DNA of 64,000 bases from Candidatus Coprovivens sp. (lineage in GTDB: Bacteria > Bacillota_I > Bacilli_A > RF39 > UBA660): contig JBJEXV010000060.1 of the NCBI GenBank assembly GCA_051886175.1, forward strand, positions 7,452-71,451, given 5' to 3'. The notes beneath the pieces were generated by a model. The model was not told the DNA's origin. It saw nothing but the letters and a program-made list of their open reading frames with translations, and ran no database searches. Each line of letters begins with the position of its first letter. Position 1 is the stretch's first letter. The translations under genes were made by a program, and so were the position numbers. Below, piece after piece: positions 38,501-48,632 of this stretch.

Positions 38501-40162
38501 ATGATAACAAACTCAACAAGAGTAACTTTTGAAAACGGAACAACAATAGAGGTGGATAAGGGAACGTCATTATACGAACTAAGTAGAAAATATCAACCTG
38601 AAATGAAACATAAGATAATAGGAGCTGAAATTAATAACGAAGTAGTTCCACTAGACTATAGAATTAACAAAGAAAGTAAAGTAATATTCTTAGATGCTAC
38701 TTACATCAATGGATATAAGTTAGCTAAAGCAGGATTAGAATTTATTATTGAAGTAGCTTTAAAAGAAGAATTTGGACGTGATTATGAAGTAGAATATGAT
38801 TATTCGATTCTATCTGATATATATTTAACTATTAAAGGTCCAAAGAAATTTACATTAGCTGATGCTAAAAAATTAAAAAGCAAAATGAATGAAATTATTG
38901 CAAACGATGAAATTATTCAAAGATTAAATGTAGATAAAAAAGAAATAATGGCATATTACAACAAAGTAAATTGCCTAGAAAAATCACAAAATATCCATAA
39001 TACTTCAAAAGAAATTTTTAGAGTTTACAAACTAAGAAATTACATTAACTATTTCTACTCAGGAATGCCATATTCAACAGGAGCATTAGATGAATTTAAC
39101 TTAGTATTCTTATCTGATAACAAACTAGTATTATTATTCCAAGATAAAGGCGGCTTAAATAAAGAATATATTCTATATAAGAATGTTATCGCTCAATACG
39201 ATATAGCTAAAAAATGGATTAGAGATATGAATATGCCATATTTAGCAGATGTTAACCGTTTAATATCTGAATTAAAAATGGAAAATGCTGTAAAAGCAAT
39301 AGAAACAAACTACAGCAACCAATTAAGCCATGTTGCTAGAGAAATACTAGATAAAAAAGCAAAATATGTTTTAATAGCAGGTCCATCTTCAAGTGGAAAG
39401 ACTACATCAACTAAGAGAATATCTCTTCAATTACGTAGTAGAGGTTATGATACATTATTAATTTCAGCAGATAACTACTTTAAAGATTTGGCAGAACATA
39501 AAAAACCAAAAGAAGAAATCGACTTTGAAGCAATCGATTGCTTAGACTTAAAACTATTAGGAAAACAATTAAAAGACTTAGTTGCAGGTAAGAAAGTTCA
39601 ATTACCAGAATACAACTTCGCTTTAGGTGTAAAAGAATATAATGACCCACCAGTATCAATTACTGAAGATACAATCATCTTAATTGAAGGTTTACATGCT
39701 ATCAATGACAAAATGACACCAGACTTAGATCCATCTAAGAAATTCAAGATTTTCTTAAGTCCATTAATGCCATTAAACATTGATAAACATAACTATATCT
39801 CAATTAACGACTTAAGATTAATGAGAAGAATAGTACGAGACAATAGAACACGTGCTACAGACGTAGGTCAAACAATTAGTTACTGGAACGTAGTAAGAAA
39901 TGGAGAAGAAAAGAATATATATCCATTCGTAAATGGTGTAGACAGAGTATTAAATACATCATTAGCATACGAAGTTGGTGTATTAAAAGTATTCGTAGAA
40001 CCATTACTATACTCAGTTACTGAAGATTCATTAGCTTATACTGAAGCAAGACGTATAATCGAATCATTAGATGAATTCTATCCAATTCCATCTGATTATG
40101 TACCAGATGACTCAATTCTAAGAGAATTTATTGGTAAGAGTATTTTTGAAAGTTATAAATAG
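38501..40162 (+). CDS. TGS-domain plus uridine kinase/phosphoribulokinase-family P-loop kinase fusion protein
   Basis: N-terminal TGS-like domain; Walker A AGPSSSGKTT and SADNYF in the C-terminal half. Confidence 0.65.
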   Translation: MITNSTRVTFENGTTIEVDKGTSLYELSRKYQPEMKHKIIGAEINNEVVPLDYRINKESKVIFLDATYINGYKLAKAGLEFIIEVALKEEFGRDYEVEYDYSILSDIYLTIKGPKKFTLADAKKLKSKMNEIIANDEIIQRLNVDKKEIMAYYNKVNCLEKSQNIHNTSKEIFRVYKLRNYINYFYSGMPYSTGALDEFNLVFLSDNKLVLLFQDKGGLNKEYILYKNVIAQYDIAKKWIRDMNMPYLADVNRLISELKMENAVKAIETNYSNQLSHVAREILDKKAKYVLIAGPSSSGKTTSTKRISLQLRSRGYDTLLISADNYFKDLAEHKKPKEEIDFEAIDCLDLKLLGKQLKDLVAGKKVQLPEYNFALGVKEYNDPPVSITEDTIILIEGLHAINDKMTPDLDPSKKFKIFLSPLMPLNIDKHNYISINDLRLMRRIVRDNRTRATDVGQTISYWNVVRNGEEKNIYPFVNGVDRVLNTSLAYEVGVLKVFVEPLLYSVTEDSLAYTEARRIIESLDEFYPIPSDYVPDDSILREFIGKSIFESYK

Positions 40163-40178
40163 AATAGGAGAATAACTG

Positions 40179-41186
40179 ATGATAAAAGTAGCAATTAACG
40201 GATTTGGACGTATTGGACGTCTAGCATTTAGAGAAATGATTACAGGAAGCGATTTCGATGTAGTAGCAATCAATGACTTAACAGATGCCGAAACATTAGC
40301 ATACCTACTTAAGTATGATACTAATCATCGTTCTTTCCATGAAGATATGATTTCTCATGATGAAGATGAAATAATTATTAATAATAGAAAAAGAATTAAA
40401 GTATATAGTGAAAAAGACCCAGTAAATCTACCTTGGGGAGAACTAGGAGTAGATGTAGTACTAGAATGTACTGGTTTATTCACAAAAAAGGAAGATGCTG
40501 AAAAACATATTCAAGCAGGAGCTAAGAAAGTAATTATCTCAGCACCAGCTAAAGGTGATATGAAAACTATCGTTTATAATGTAAACTCAGATACATTAGA
40601 TGGAACAGAACAAATCATCTCAGCAGCTTCTTGTACAACAAACTGCTTAGCACCAGTATTAAAAGTAATAGAAGATAATATTGGTATTGTAAAAGGATTT
40701 ATGACAACTGTACATGCTTATACAAATGATCAAGCCACATTAGATGTTCCGCATAAAAAAGGAATAATGGCTCGTAGAGGACGTGCGTGTGCAATGAATA
40801 TCGTTCCTGCATCAACAGGAGCTGCCAGTGCTATTGGTTTAGTAATTCCTGCAATAGCTGGAAAACTAGACGGAAATGCATTTAGAGTACCAGTAAGTGA
40901 TGGTTCAGTAATTGATGTAACATTAGAATTGAAAAGAAATACAACAGTAGAAGAAATCAACACATTGTTTACTAATAACCAAAGTGAAACATTACAAATT
41001 ACAATGGATCCGGTAGTATCAAGTGATATACTTGGAAAGAAAACTGGAGCATTAGTAGATGGTTTATCTACAAGTGTTTTAGACACTGAAGGAAAACAAC
41101 TAGTTAAAATAATAGCATGGTATGACAACGAAATGGGTTATACTGCACAAATGATGCGTACAGCTAAAGAATTAATGAAAATATAA
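40179..41186 (+). CDS. gap: Glyceraldehyde-3-phosphate dehydrogenase
   Basis: NGFGRIGR and ASCTTNCLAP motifs. Confidence 0.95.
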   Translation: MIKVAINGFGRIGRLAFREMITGSDFDVVAINDLTDAETLAYLLKYDTNHRSFHEDMISHDEDEIIINNRKRIKVYSEKDPVNLPWGELGVDVVLECTGLFTKKEDAEKHIQAGAKKVIISAPAKGDMKTIVYNVNSDTLDGTEQIISAASCTTNCLAPVLKVIEDNIGIVKGFMTTVHAYTNDQATLDVPHKKGIMARRGRACAMNIVPASTGAASAIGLVIPAIAGKLDGNAFRVPVSDGSVIDVTLELKRNTTVEEINTLFTNNQSETLQITMDPVVSSDILGKKTGALVDGLSTSVLDTEGKQLVKIIAWYDNEMGYTAQMMRTAKELMKI

Positions 41187-41187
41187 G

Positions 41188-41214
41188 AGGGTGTCTAATT
41201 AGACACCCTTTTTA
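41188..41214 (+). terminator. Rho-independent terminator between gap and pgk (AGGGTGTCT-aatt-AGACACCCT plus T-run)
   Basis: Perfect 9-bp GC-containing stem followed by TTTTT. Confidence 0.65.
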
Positions 41215-41279
41215 TGTAAATACTAACCAAGTTGTTTGAATAACAAAGAAATATAAATTATAATTAAATAGGTGATAAT

Positions 41280-42464
41280 ATGAATAATAGAATTCAAGAT
41301 ATGGATGTAAAAGGAAAAAAAGTATTATTAAGATGTGACTTTAACGTTCCAGTGAAAGATGGTAAGATACTAGACGATAGTAAAATAATAGCATCGCTAA
41401 GAACAATTAATCACTTAATAAAGGAAGGAGCAAAAATAATTATTTTATCTCACTTTGGTAAAGTAAAAACCGCAGAAGACAAAACTAAAAACACACTAGC
41501 TCCAATAGCAGAAAGACTACAAGAACTAGTAGACAGTAAAGTGGTATTCTGCAAACAAACAAGAAGTTTATATATTGAAACAAAAATAGATAATATGAAA
41601 CCAGGAGAAATCATGCTTCTAGAAAACACAAGACACGAAGATATTCCTGATAAACTAGAAAGCGGTAATGATGTTCAATTAGCTATGTATTGGGCTGGAT
41701 TAGCAGATGTGTTCTGTTTAGATGCATTTGGTTCGTCTCATAGAAAACACGCTTCTACATACGGAGTTGCTAAATACCTACCAAGTTGTGTAGGATTCTT
41801 AGTACAACAAGAAATAGAAGCTTTAGACAAATATGTATTAAATGCTGAAAAACCATTCACTATTTTAATGGGTGGAGCAAAAGTAGAAGATAAAGTTGAA
41901 TTAATAGAAGTATTACTACCAAAATGTGATCATTTACTATTAACTGGTGGTATAGCAAACTCTTGCTTACACATACTTGGATTTAACGTTGGTAACTCTT
42001 TAAGAACAAAAGATGAAGAAATGATGGAAAGAATCAAAAAATTACTTGTTAAAAATAAAGAAAAAATTATGTTACCAGTAGACGTTGTAGTAGGAAGAGA
42101 ATACAATCCTGATTACATAGAACATATTGGAATAGCAAAAGTAGAAGAAGATGATTGCATCTACGATATTGGTGTTAAAACAATAAATAAATTCAAAGAA
42201 GTTATTGATAAATCAGCTACCATATTTATAAATGGTACAGCTGGTAAATATGAAGATCCAAAATATGCAACAGGTACTAGAGAACTACTTACATACATTT
42301 CAAATAGTAAATGTACAAAAATAGTAGGTGGTGGCGATAGCGTTAGTGCTGTTAAATTCTTCAAGCTAGGAGAAAAATATGACCATCTATCTACAGGTGG
42401 CGGAGCTACTCTAGAATATATCGTAAACGATGGACTACCTTGTATTGATAATATAATTAAATAA
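41280..42464 (+). CDS. pgk: Phosphoglycerate kinase
   Basis: RCDFNVP N-terminus and PGK motifs. Confidence 0.95.
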   Translation: MNNRIQDMDVKGKKVLLRCDFNVPVKDGKILDDSKIIASLRTINHLIKEGAKIIILSHFGKVKTAEDKTKNTLAPIAERLQELVDSKVVFCKQTRSLYIETKIDNMKPGEIMLLENTRHEDIPDKLESGNDVQLAMYWAGLADVFCLDAFGSSHRKHASTYGVAKYLPSCVGFLVQQEIEALDKYVLNAEKPFTILMGGAKVEDKVELIEVLLPKCDHLLLTGGIANSCLHILGFNVGNSLRTKDEEMMERIKKLLVKNKEKIMLPVDVVVGREYNPDYIEHIGIAKVEEDDCIYDIGVKTINKFKEVIDKSATIFINGTAGKYEDPKYATGTRELLTYISNSKCTKIVGGGDSVSAVKFFKLGEKYDHLSTGGGATLEYIVNDGLPCIDNIIK

Positions 42465-42596
42465 TATTGAAAGGAAAAAATAACTTGAAAATACTCTTTT
42501 TAAAATTTGTCGTACTTAAATTGTAAGATACGACATAATTTTACAAAAAACTACAATAGTTAGCAGTAAAATTAATTTAAAGAAAGGGGAGTTTTT

Positions 42597-43340
42597 ATGG
42601 TTGTTATTATATCAACTCACGAATTTGCATCAAAAGTCAGAAGTTCAATAGAATTAATTAGTAAAGAAGTATCAATAAAACACATAGCATCAGACTATAA
42701 CGAAGGTCTAAAAATAATTAATGAAAATAATTCTGAAATAGATGCCATCATTATTGATGCATCCTTAGAAGGAAATATTCTGAATTTACTACATAACTAT
42801 AAAGAAGAAAATATGCTATCTAAAACCATAGTTATAGATAACATAAAATTGGGATGTTACAATCTTATTGAATCGAAGTATCAATTATATAATGTAATAC
42901 CACATAACTTCCGTATAGAAGATCTGCTTATGTACATAAAAGACATCAAAGATAAAAATGAAAAAGTAAATTATCAGAAACTAGCAACATTTGATGAAAT
43001 CGCTGAAATATTAAAGACACTTGGTGTAGCCCCTGATAAAAATGGATTCCACTACTTAAGAAAAGCAATATATGAATGTTATTTGAATCCGAAATTGTTA
43101 ACAAGCGTAACAAAAGAAGTATACCCATTAGTTGGTAAAACGTTTGATAAAACACCTAATTGCGTAGAAAGGTCGATTAGAAGTGCTATAGAAACAGGAT
43201 GGGATAGAAGCGACTACGAATACACAGAAAAATTATTCCTAAACTGCATAGATTTCTATAGAAGCAAACCAACCAATGGTGAATTTATATCAATAATAGT
43301 AGACAAATTATTATTACAAGATGGAAAAATAAACTATTAA
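42597..43340 (+). CDS. Spo0A-like protein: degenerate receiver domain plus conserved Spo0A C-terminal DNA-binding domain
   Basis: C-terminal half aligns closely with Spo0A_C (FHYLRKAIYECY...VYPLVGKTFDKTPNCVERSIRSAIETGWDRS...KPTNGEFISIIVDKLLL); the N-terminal receiver-like fold lacks the acid-pocket DD and the conserved Lys. Confidence 0.7.
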   Translation: MVVIISTHEFASKVRSSIELISKEVSIKHIASDYNEGLKIINENNSEIDAIIIDASLEGNILNLLHNYKEENMLSKTIVIDNIKLGCYNLIESKYQLYNVIPHNFRIEDLLMYIKDIKDKNEKVNYQKLATFDEIAEILKTLGVAPDKNGFHYLRKAIYECYLNPKLLTSVTKEVYPLVGKTFDKTPNCVERSIRSAIETGWDRSDYEYTEKLFLNCIDFYRSKPTNGEFISIIVDKLLLQDGKINY

Positions 43341-43347
43341 TTAAAAG

Positions 43348-43381
43348 GAAATTGCAAAAATATTGTAATTTCTTTTTTTTA
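43348..43381 (+). terminator. Probable terminator after the Spo0A-like gene (GAAATT...AATTTC plus T8)
   Basis: 6-bp stem with a long loop followed by TTTTTTTT. Confidence 0.4.
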
Positions 43382-43411
43382 TATGCTATATTTATTAAGG
43401 AGAATGATAGC

Positions 43412-44911
43412 ATGAAGAAGATATTAACAATAATTCTAGACGGCTTTGGAATGCGTGAAGATATTTATGGTAATGCAATCAAAAATGCCGGAATGAATAA
43501 TTTTATAGATATATGGAATAAATATCCACATTGCTTAATAAAAGCGAGTGGTGAAGAAGTTGGTCTTGCTAAAAACCAATTTGGTTCAAGTGAATTTGGA
43601 CACAAACTAATTGGAGCAGGTCGAGCGATAGATAATAATTTAAATATATTTAAAGAAAACTTTAAATCAAGTAAACTAAAAAACAACGAAGTATTTAATA
43701 AGCTAATTAATAGATTAAGGGACAAAGAAGGTAACATTCATTTAATATGTTTATTATCAGATGGAGGAATATCTTCTCATATAGATACAATAAAACAATT
43801 TAACGATGTACTAATAGAAAAGAAAGTAAATAACCAAGTATATATCCATGGAATTTCTGATGGTAAAGACTCAAGTAAATTTGGTGTAAAAGGTTACATA
43901 GAACAAATAGAAGATGAAATGCGTGAAAACTGTCATTTATCAACAGTGTGTGGACGATATTATGGATTAGATATTACAAAAGATTACAATAGAACAAAAC
44001 TATATTATGATTTAATTGTATATGGTAAAGGAGTAGAAGCTCCAAATCTAAATAAAGTAATAGAACTGTGCTACTCTAAAAAAATGGCAGATGAATACAT
44101 AGCTCCGTTAAAAACTTTAGAATTTAAAGGTGTAGAACCGAACGATACAATAGTATTCTTAAACTTAAATGATCAACCATATCAACAACTATTTGAATCG
44201 TTATGTGATAAAAAATATAAAAAATTCTATACGTCATCAATTGATTATGAGGTATTCTCACTATTCCCAATTGATAAAAGTTTAAATGAAAACTATATAT
44301 TTGAAGAACAACAAATAAAAAAAACTCTAGGAGAATACTTATCTATACTAGGTCTAACGCAAGCGCGTATAGGAGAAAGTATAAAAAAAGAATCTATAGT
44401 TAGATACTTTGATGGAGAAAGAAAACTAAAATTAGACAATTGTGATTTCTATATAGCAGATTCAAAATTAGATGTTACATTAGATAAAAAACCTGAAATG
44501 AATTCACTGGCTATTGCTAAGACAGCAATAACATGTATGGAAAAAGACTACGATTTTATACTGGTTAACTTTGCTAATGCAGATGAAATAGGACATACAG
44601 GTAATTATCAAGCAACAATAAATGGATTACAGGCAATAGATATATGTATAGGTAAACTAATAGAATGTGCAGAAGAAAATTTCTATAAAGTAATTATTAC
44701 CTCTAGCCACGGTAATGCAGATACTATAATAGATAGAGACAATAATATAATTACACAAAATACATTAAGTCCAGTGCCGTTTATAATATTAGATAAAAAA
44801 ATATCCTTAAAGAATGGTAAATTAAGCGATATTGCACCTACAATATTAAAATATATGGATATTGCAATACCAAAAGAAATGAAAAACGAAGAAATATTAA
44901 TTGAAGATTAA
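43412..44911 (+). CDS. gpmI: 2,3-bisphosphoglycerate-independent phosphoglycerate mutase
   Basis: iPGM N-terminus KKILTIILDGFGMRED; SD AAGGAG before the ATG at 43412. Confidence 0.9.
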   Translation: MKKILTIILDGFGMREDIYGNAIKNAGMNNFIDIWNKYPHCLIKASGEEVGLAKNQFGSSEFGHKLIGAGRAIDNNLNIFKENFKSSKLKNNEVFNKLINRLRDKEGNIHLICLLSDGGISSHIDTIKQFNDVLIEKKVNNQVYIHGISDGKDSSKFGVKGYIEQIEDEMRENCHLSTVCGRYYGLDITKDYNRTKLYYDLIVYGKGVEAPNLNKVIELCYSKKMADEYIAPLKTLEFKGVEPNDTIVFLNLNDQPYQQLFESLCDKKYKKFYTSSIDYEVFSLFPIDKSLNENYIFEEQQIKKTLGEYLSILGLTQARIGESIKKESIVRYFDGERKLKLDNCDFYIADSKLDVTLDKKPEMNSLAIAKTAITCMEKDYDFILVNFANADEIGHTGNYQATINGLQAIDICIGKLIECAEENFYKVIITSSHGNADTIIDRDNNIITQNTLSPVPFIILDKKISLKNGKLSDIAPTILKYMDIAIPKEMKNEEILIED

Positions 44912-44912
44912 A

Positions 44913-44948
44913 ATACGTCAAAAAAAGACGTATTTTATTTTTTTTCAA
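44913..44948 (+). terminator. Rho-independent terminator after gpmI (ATACGTC-aaaaaaa-GACGTAT plus T-run)
   Basis: Perfect 7-bp stem followed by TTTATTTTTTTT. Confidence 0.6.
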
Positions 44949-44965
44949 AAAAAGCCCAAAAATAC

Positions 44966-44994
44966 TTGCACAAACTGCTATTTTTGTGTATAAT
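44966..44994 (+). promoter_or_regulatory. S10 operon promoter (TTGCAC-17-TATAAT) followed by a roughly 135-nt structured leader
   Basis: Near-consensus -35 and -10 hexamers with a 17-nt spacer; hairpin GTCTATA-ctaga-TATAGAC immediately 5' of the rpsJ SD. Confidence 0.6.
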
Positions 44995-45131
44995 CATACT
45001 CGTATGACTGCGTAGATGGGCGAGGTTGCCGATACACTAGGAAGGGTTGTAAGAATCTTTCTTAAAAAGAGGTCGGGTAATTCGTGTCGGAGCGAGTCTA
45101 TACTAGATATAGACGAAAGGAGGACATTATA

Positions 45132-45437
45132 ATGTCAAGTAACAAAGTTCGTATTACTCTAAAAGCTTATGATCACAGAGTTTTAGATCAAGCTTGCGGA
45201 AAAATAGTTGAAACTGTTAAAAGAACTGGGGGAGTAGTTGTTGGACCAGTACCTCTACCTACTGATGTTGAAAAAATCACAGTATTGAGATCTGTTCACA
45301 AAGATAAGGACTCTAGAGAACAATTCGAAAGCCGTACTCATAAGAGACTTATTGATATCAAAAACCCAACAAAAGAAACTGTTGAAGCCCTTGCACACTT
45401 AGATATTCCAAGTGGTGTTGCTATCAACATAAAATAA
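45132..45437 (+). CDS. rpsJ: 30S ribosomal protein S10
   Basis: [16 protein letters not shown]; SD AAAGGAGG. Confidence 0.95.
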   Translation: MSSNKVRITLKAYDHRVLDQACGKIVETVKRTGGVVVGPVPLPTDVEKITVLRSVHKDKDSREQFESRTHKRLIDIKNPTKETVEALAHLDIPSGVAINIK

Positions 45438-45463
45438 TAAAAATATAAACGGAGGAAAAGGAA

Positions 45464-46222
45464 ATGAAAGGAATCTTAGGACGTAAAGTCGGAATGACTC
45501 AAGTCTTCACAAAAGATGGAAAACTTGTTCCTGTAACAGTAGTCGCTGTTGAACCAAACATCGTTACTCAAGTTAAAACAACTGAAACTGATGGTTATAA
45601 CGCAATTCAAATTGCTACAGTAGACAAGAAAGAAAAAAATGCTAGCAAAGCTAGTATCGGTCATGCTAAAAAAGCAAACACAACTCCTAAGCGCTACTTA
45701 AAAGAAATTCGTGATTACGAAGGTACTTATAACTTAGGAGATACTATTGGCGCTGATGTTTTCACAGTTGGTGAATATGTTGACGTTACTGGTACAAGTA
45801 AAGGACATGGTACTGAAGGTGTTATCGAACGCTGGAATCAATCAAGAGGACCTATGACTCATGGTTCACGTTATCACAGAAGACCAGGTTCAATGGGAAC
45901 TATGCTACCAATGCATGTTCTTAAAGGTAAAAAACTACCTGGACATATGGGTGTTGAAACTACAACAATCCAAAATCTAGAAATCATTGAAGTAAATGTT
46001 GCAGAAAATTATATTTTAGTAAGTGGAAATATTCCAGGAGCTAAAAAATCTTTAGTTTTAATCAAATCAGCAGTTAAAAAATCAGGCTCAGCTGAACCAA
46101 AAGAAGTTTTAACTTATGAAGAAGCTGTAGCTGATGAAGTTGTAGAAGAAACTACTGAAGAAGTTGTTGCAACTGAAGAAGTAGTAGAAGCTACTGAAGA
46201 AAACCAAGGAGAAAGTAAGTAA
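45464..46222 (+). CDS. rplC: 50S ribosomal protein L3 (with a roughly 40-aa acidic C-terminal extension)
   Basis: L3 core conserved through ...KSAVKK, followed by an E/V/T-rich tail. Confidence 0.9.
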   Translation: MKGILGRKVGMTQVFTKDGKLVPVTVVAVEPNIVTQVKTTETDGYNAIQIATVDKKEKNASKASIGHAKKANTTPKRYLKEIRDYEGTYNLGDTIGADVFTVGEYVDVTGTSKGHGTEGVIERWNQSRGPMTHGSRYHRRPGSMGTMLPMHVLKGKKLPGHMGVETTTIQNLEIIEVNVAENYILVSGNIPGAKKSLVLIKSAVKKSGSAEPKEVLTYEEAVADEVVEETTEEVVATEEVVEATEENQGESK

Positions 46223-46245
46223 TTTACTTAGAAAGGTGATCTAAT

Positions 46246-46869
46246 ATGGCAAAAGTACAATTAATTAACCAAAAAGGTGAAAAACTTAAAGATATCACAT
46301 TAGCTGATAATGTATGGAACATTGAAACAAATGATGTAGTTCTTAAAAAAGCTATTGATTTACAATTAGCTGCTACAAGACAAGGAACTGCTAAAACTAA
46401 AACTCGTTCTGAAGTTTCAGGCGGAGGAAGAAAACCATGGAGACAAAAAGGAACTGGTAGAGCTCGTCAAGGATCTATCCGTGCTACTCAATGGGTTGGT
46501 GGAGGTGTAGCTGGTGGAGTTACTCCAAGAGATTACACATTCAAAATCAACAAAAAAGAAAGAGCTTTAGCTCTAAAGAGTGCTTTAACTCATAAATTAA
46601 ATAATAAAGAATTAGTTATCGTTGATTCTATTAAATTAGAAACATTAAAAACTAAAGAGTTAAAAGATATGCTTTCAGCAATGAATTTAACTGGTAAAGT
46701 TTTATTTGTTACTAAAGAAGACAATGAAAACTTATTCATGGCTAGTAGAAATTTAGGTTATGCATATGCAATTATGGCTGACGAAATTAACTGCTATGAC
46801 TTAGTAAATGCTGACATCGTAGTATGTGATCAAGATGCAGTAGAAGTAATTGAAGGAGGGCTTAAATAA
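46246..46869 (+). CDS. rplD: 50S ribosomal protein L4
   Basis: L4 signature; S10 operon order. Confidence 0.95.
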   Translation: MAKVQLINQKGEKLKDITLADNVWNIETNDVVLKKAIDLQLAATRQGTAKTKTRSEVSGGGRKPWRQKGTGRARQGSIRATQWVGGGVAGGVTPRDYTFKINKKERALALKSALTHKLNNKELVIVDSIKLETLKTKELKDMLSAMNLTGKVLFVTKEDNENLFMASRNLGYAYAIMADEINCYDLVNADIVVCDQDAVEVIEGGLK

Positions 46870-47144
46870 TGAAAGATTATACTGATATTATTATCGCTCC
46901 TGTAATCACAGAAAAATCTGCTCATCAAGCAGAACAAAATGTATATACTTTTAAAGTTGCTTCAAACGCTAACAAAATTGAAATTAAAAAAGCAATCGAA
47001 GCTGCATTTGGTGTAAAAGTAGAAAAAGTTAATACTTTAAATACTAAAGCTAAATCAAAAAGAGTTGGAAGATATACAGGAAAAACTAAAACTTATAAGA
47101 AAGCTTTCGTTACATTAAAAGATGGCGAAACAATAGAATTATAG
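46869..47144 (+). CDS. rplW: 50S ribosomal protein L23
   Basis: L23 signature; ATGA-type overlap with rplD. Confidence 0.95.
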   Translation: MKDYTDIIIAPVITEKSAHQAEQNVYTFKVASNANKIEIKKAIEAAFGVKVEKVNTLNTKAKSKRVGRYTGKTKTYKKAFVTLKDGETIEL

Positions 47145-47161
47145 AATAGGAGAGAAGAAAG

Positions 47162-47992
47162 ATGGCAATTAAAACATATAAACCAACTACAAATGGTCGC
47201 CGTGGTATGACTACTTTAGCTAATACTGAAATAACTACTTCTACTCCTGAAAAATCATTACTTGTTTCAAAAAGTAAAACAGGTGGAAGAAATAATCAAG
47301 GTAGAATGACAGTTCGCCACATCGGTGGAGGAGCTAAACAAAAATACAGAATCATCGACTTTAAGAGAGATAAAGTTAATGTTCCTGGTAGAGTAGCTAC
47401 TATTGAATACGATCCAAATCGTAATGCAAATATTGCATTAATCAATTATAAAGATGGAGAAAAAAGATATATTATCGCTCCAAAAGGTATCGAAGTTGGA
47501 ACAATCATTGAAAGTGGAGCTAATGCTGATATCAAAGTTGGTAACGCATTACCATTAGCAAGTATTCCAGTTGGTACAACTATTCATTGCATCGAATTAC
47601 AACCTGGTAAAGGTGCTGCAATGTGTAGAGCTGCTGGTGCAAGTGCACAAATCTTAGGACGTGAAGATAAATATGTATTAATCAGATTACAATCTGGTGA
47701 AACAAGAAAAGTTCTAGGAACTTGTATGGCAACAATCGGAACAGTAGGAAATGAAGACTACGAACTAGTTAACTGGGGAAAAGCAGGACGTGTTCGTCAT
47801 AAAGGTATTAGACCTACAAACCGTGGTTCAGTTATGAACCCTAATGACCACCCACATGGTGGTGGTGAAGGACGTACTCCAGTAGGACGTAAAGCACCAA
47901 TGACTCCATGGGGTAAAAAAGCAATGGGTGTTAGAACTCGTGCTAGTAAGAAACAATCTAACAAGCTAATTGTTAGTCGTAAGAAAAAATAG
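47162..47992 (+). CDS. rplB: 50S ribosomal protein L2
   Basis: L2 signature motifs. Confidence 0.95.
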   Translation: MAIKTYKPTTNGRRGMTTLANTEITTSTPEKSLLVSKSKTGGRNNQGRMTVRHIGGGAKQKYRIIDFKRDKVNVPGRVATIEYDPNRNANIALINYKDGEKRYIIAPKGIEVGTIIESGANADIKVGNALPLASIPVGTTIHCIELQPGKGAAMCRAAGASAQILGREDKYVLIRLQSGETRKVLGTCMATIGTVGNEDYELVNWGKAGRVRHKGIRPTNRGSVMNPNDHPHGGGEGRTPVGRKAPMTPWGKKAMGVRTRASKKQSNKLIVSRKKK

Positions 47993-48005
47993 GAGGAAAT
48001 AAATA

Positions 48006-48269
48006 ATGGCAAGAAGTTTAAAAAAGGGACCTTATGTTTTCGATAGATTACTTAAAAAGGTTCAAGAATTAAATAAAAATAATAAAAAAGAAGTTGTTAA
48101 AACTTGGTCTCGTCGTTCAACTATTTATCCTGATTTCGTGGGACATACAATAGCTGTTCATAATGGAAAAGAATTTATTCCAGTTTATGTAACTGAAGAC
48201 ATGGTTGGACATAAATTAGGCGAATTTGCATTAACTCGTAAATTCGGCGGACATGCTGGACAAAAGTAG
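48006..48269 (+). CDS. rpsS: 30S ribosomal protein S19
   Basis: [11 protein letters not shown]...TWSRRSTI. Confidence 0.95.
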   Translation: MARSLKKGPYVFDRLLKKVQELNKNNKKEVVKTWSRRSTIYPDFVGHTIAVHNGKEFIPVYVTEDMVGHKLGEFALTRKFGGHAGQK

Positions 48270-48286
48270 GAAGGGAGAATAAGTAA

Positions 48287-48631
48287 ATGGAAGCATATGC
48301 AATACATAAAGGTGCGATGATCGCTCCTCGTAAAGCAAGAATGACTCTTGATTTAATTAGAGGAAAAGATGTTTATACTGCACAAGGTATTTTAGAAAAT
48401 ACTAATACAAAAGCTAGCAGATTAATCTTAAAAGTTTTAAATTCTGCTATTGCAAACGCTGTTAATAATAATGGCGCTGTTGAATCTGAACTTGTTATCT
48501 CTGAATGCTATATTAACCCAGGTCAAGTTTTAAAAAGAATCAAATTAGGTTCAAGAACAAAAGTTGACAGAAGAGATAAGAGAACAAGTCATATCACTGT
48601 TAAAGTGTCTGATAAAAAGGAGGCAAAATAG
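48287..48631 (+). CDS. rplV: 50S ribosomal protein L22
   Basis: L22 signature. Confidence 0.95.
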   Translation: MEAYAIHKGAMIAPRKARMTLDLIRGKDVYTAQGILENTNTKASRLILKVLNSAIANAVNNNGAVESELVISECYINPGQVLKRIKLGSRTKVDRRDKRTSHITVKVSDKKEAK

Positions 48632-48632
48632 T

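Noticed and set aside
43348-43381. Long-loop hairpin after the Spo0A-like gene
   Set aside because: Kept only as a low-confidence terminator. The 6-bp AT-rich stem with a 13-nt loop is weak despite the T8 run.
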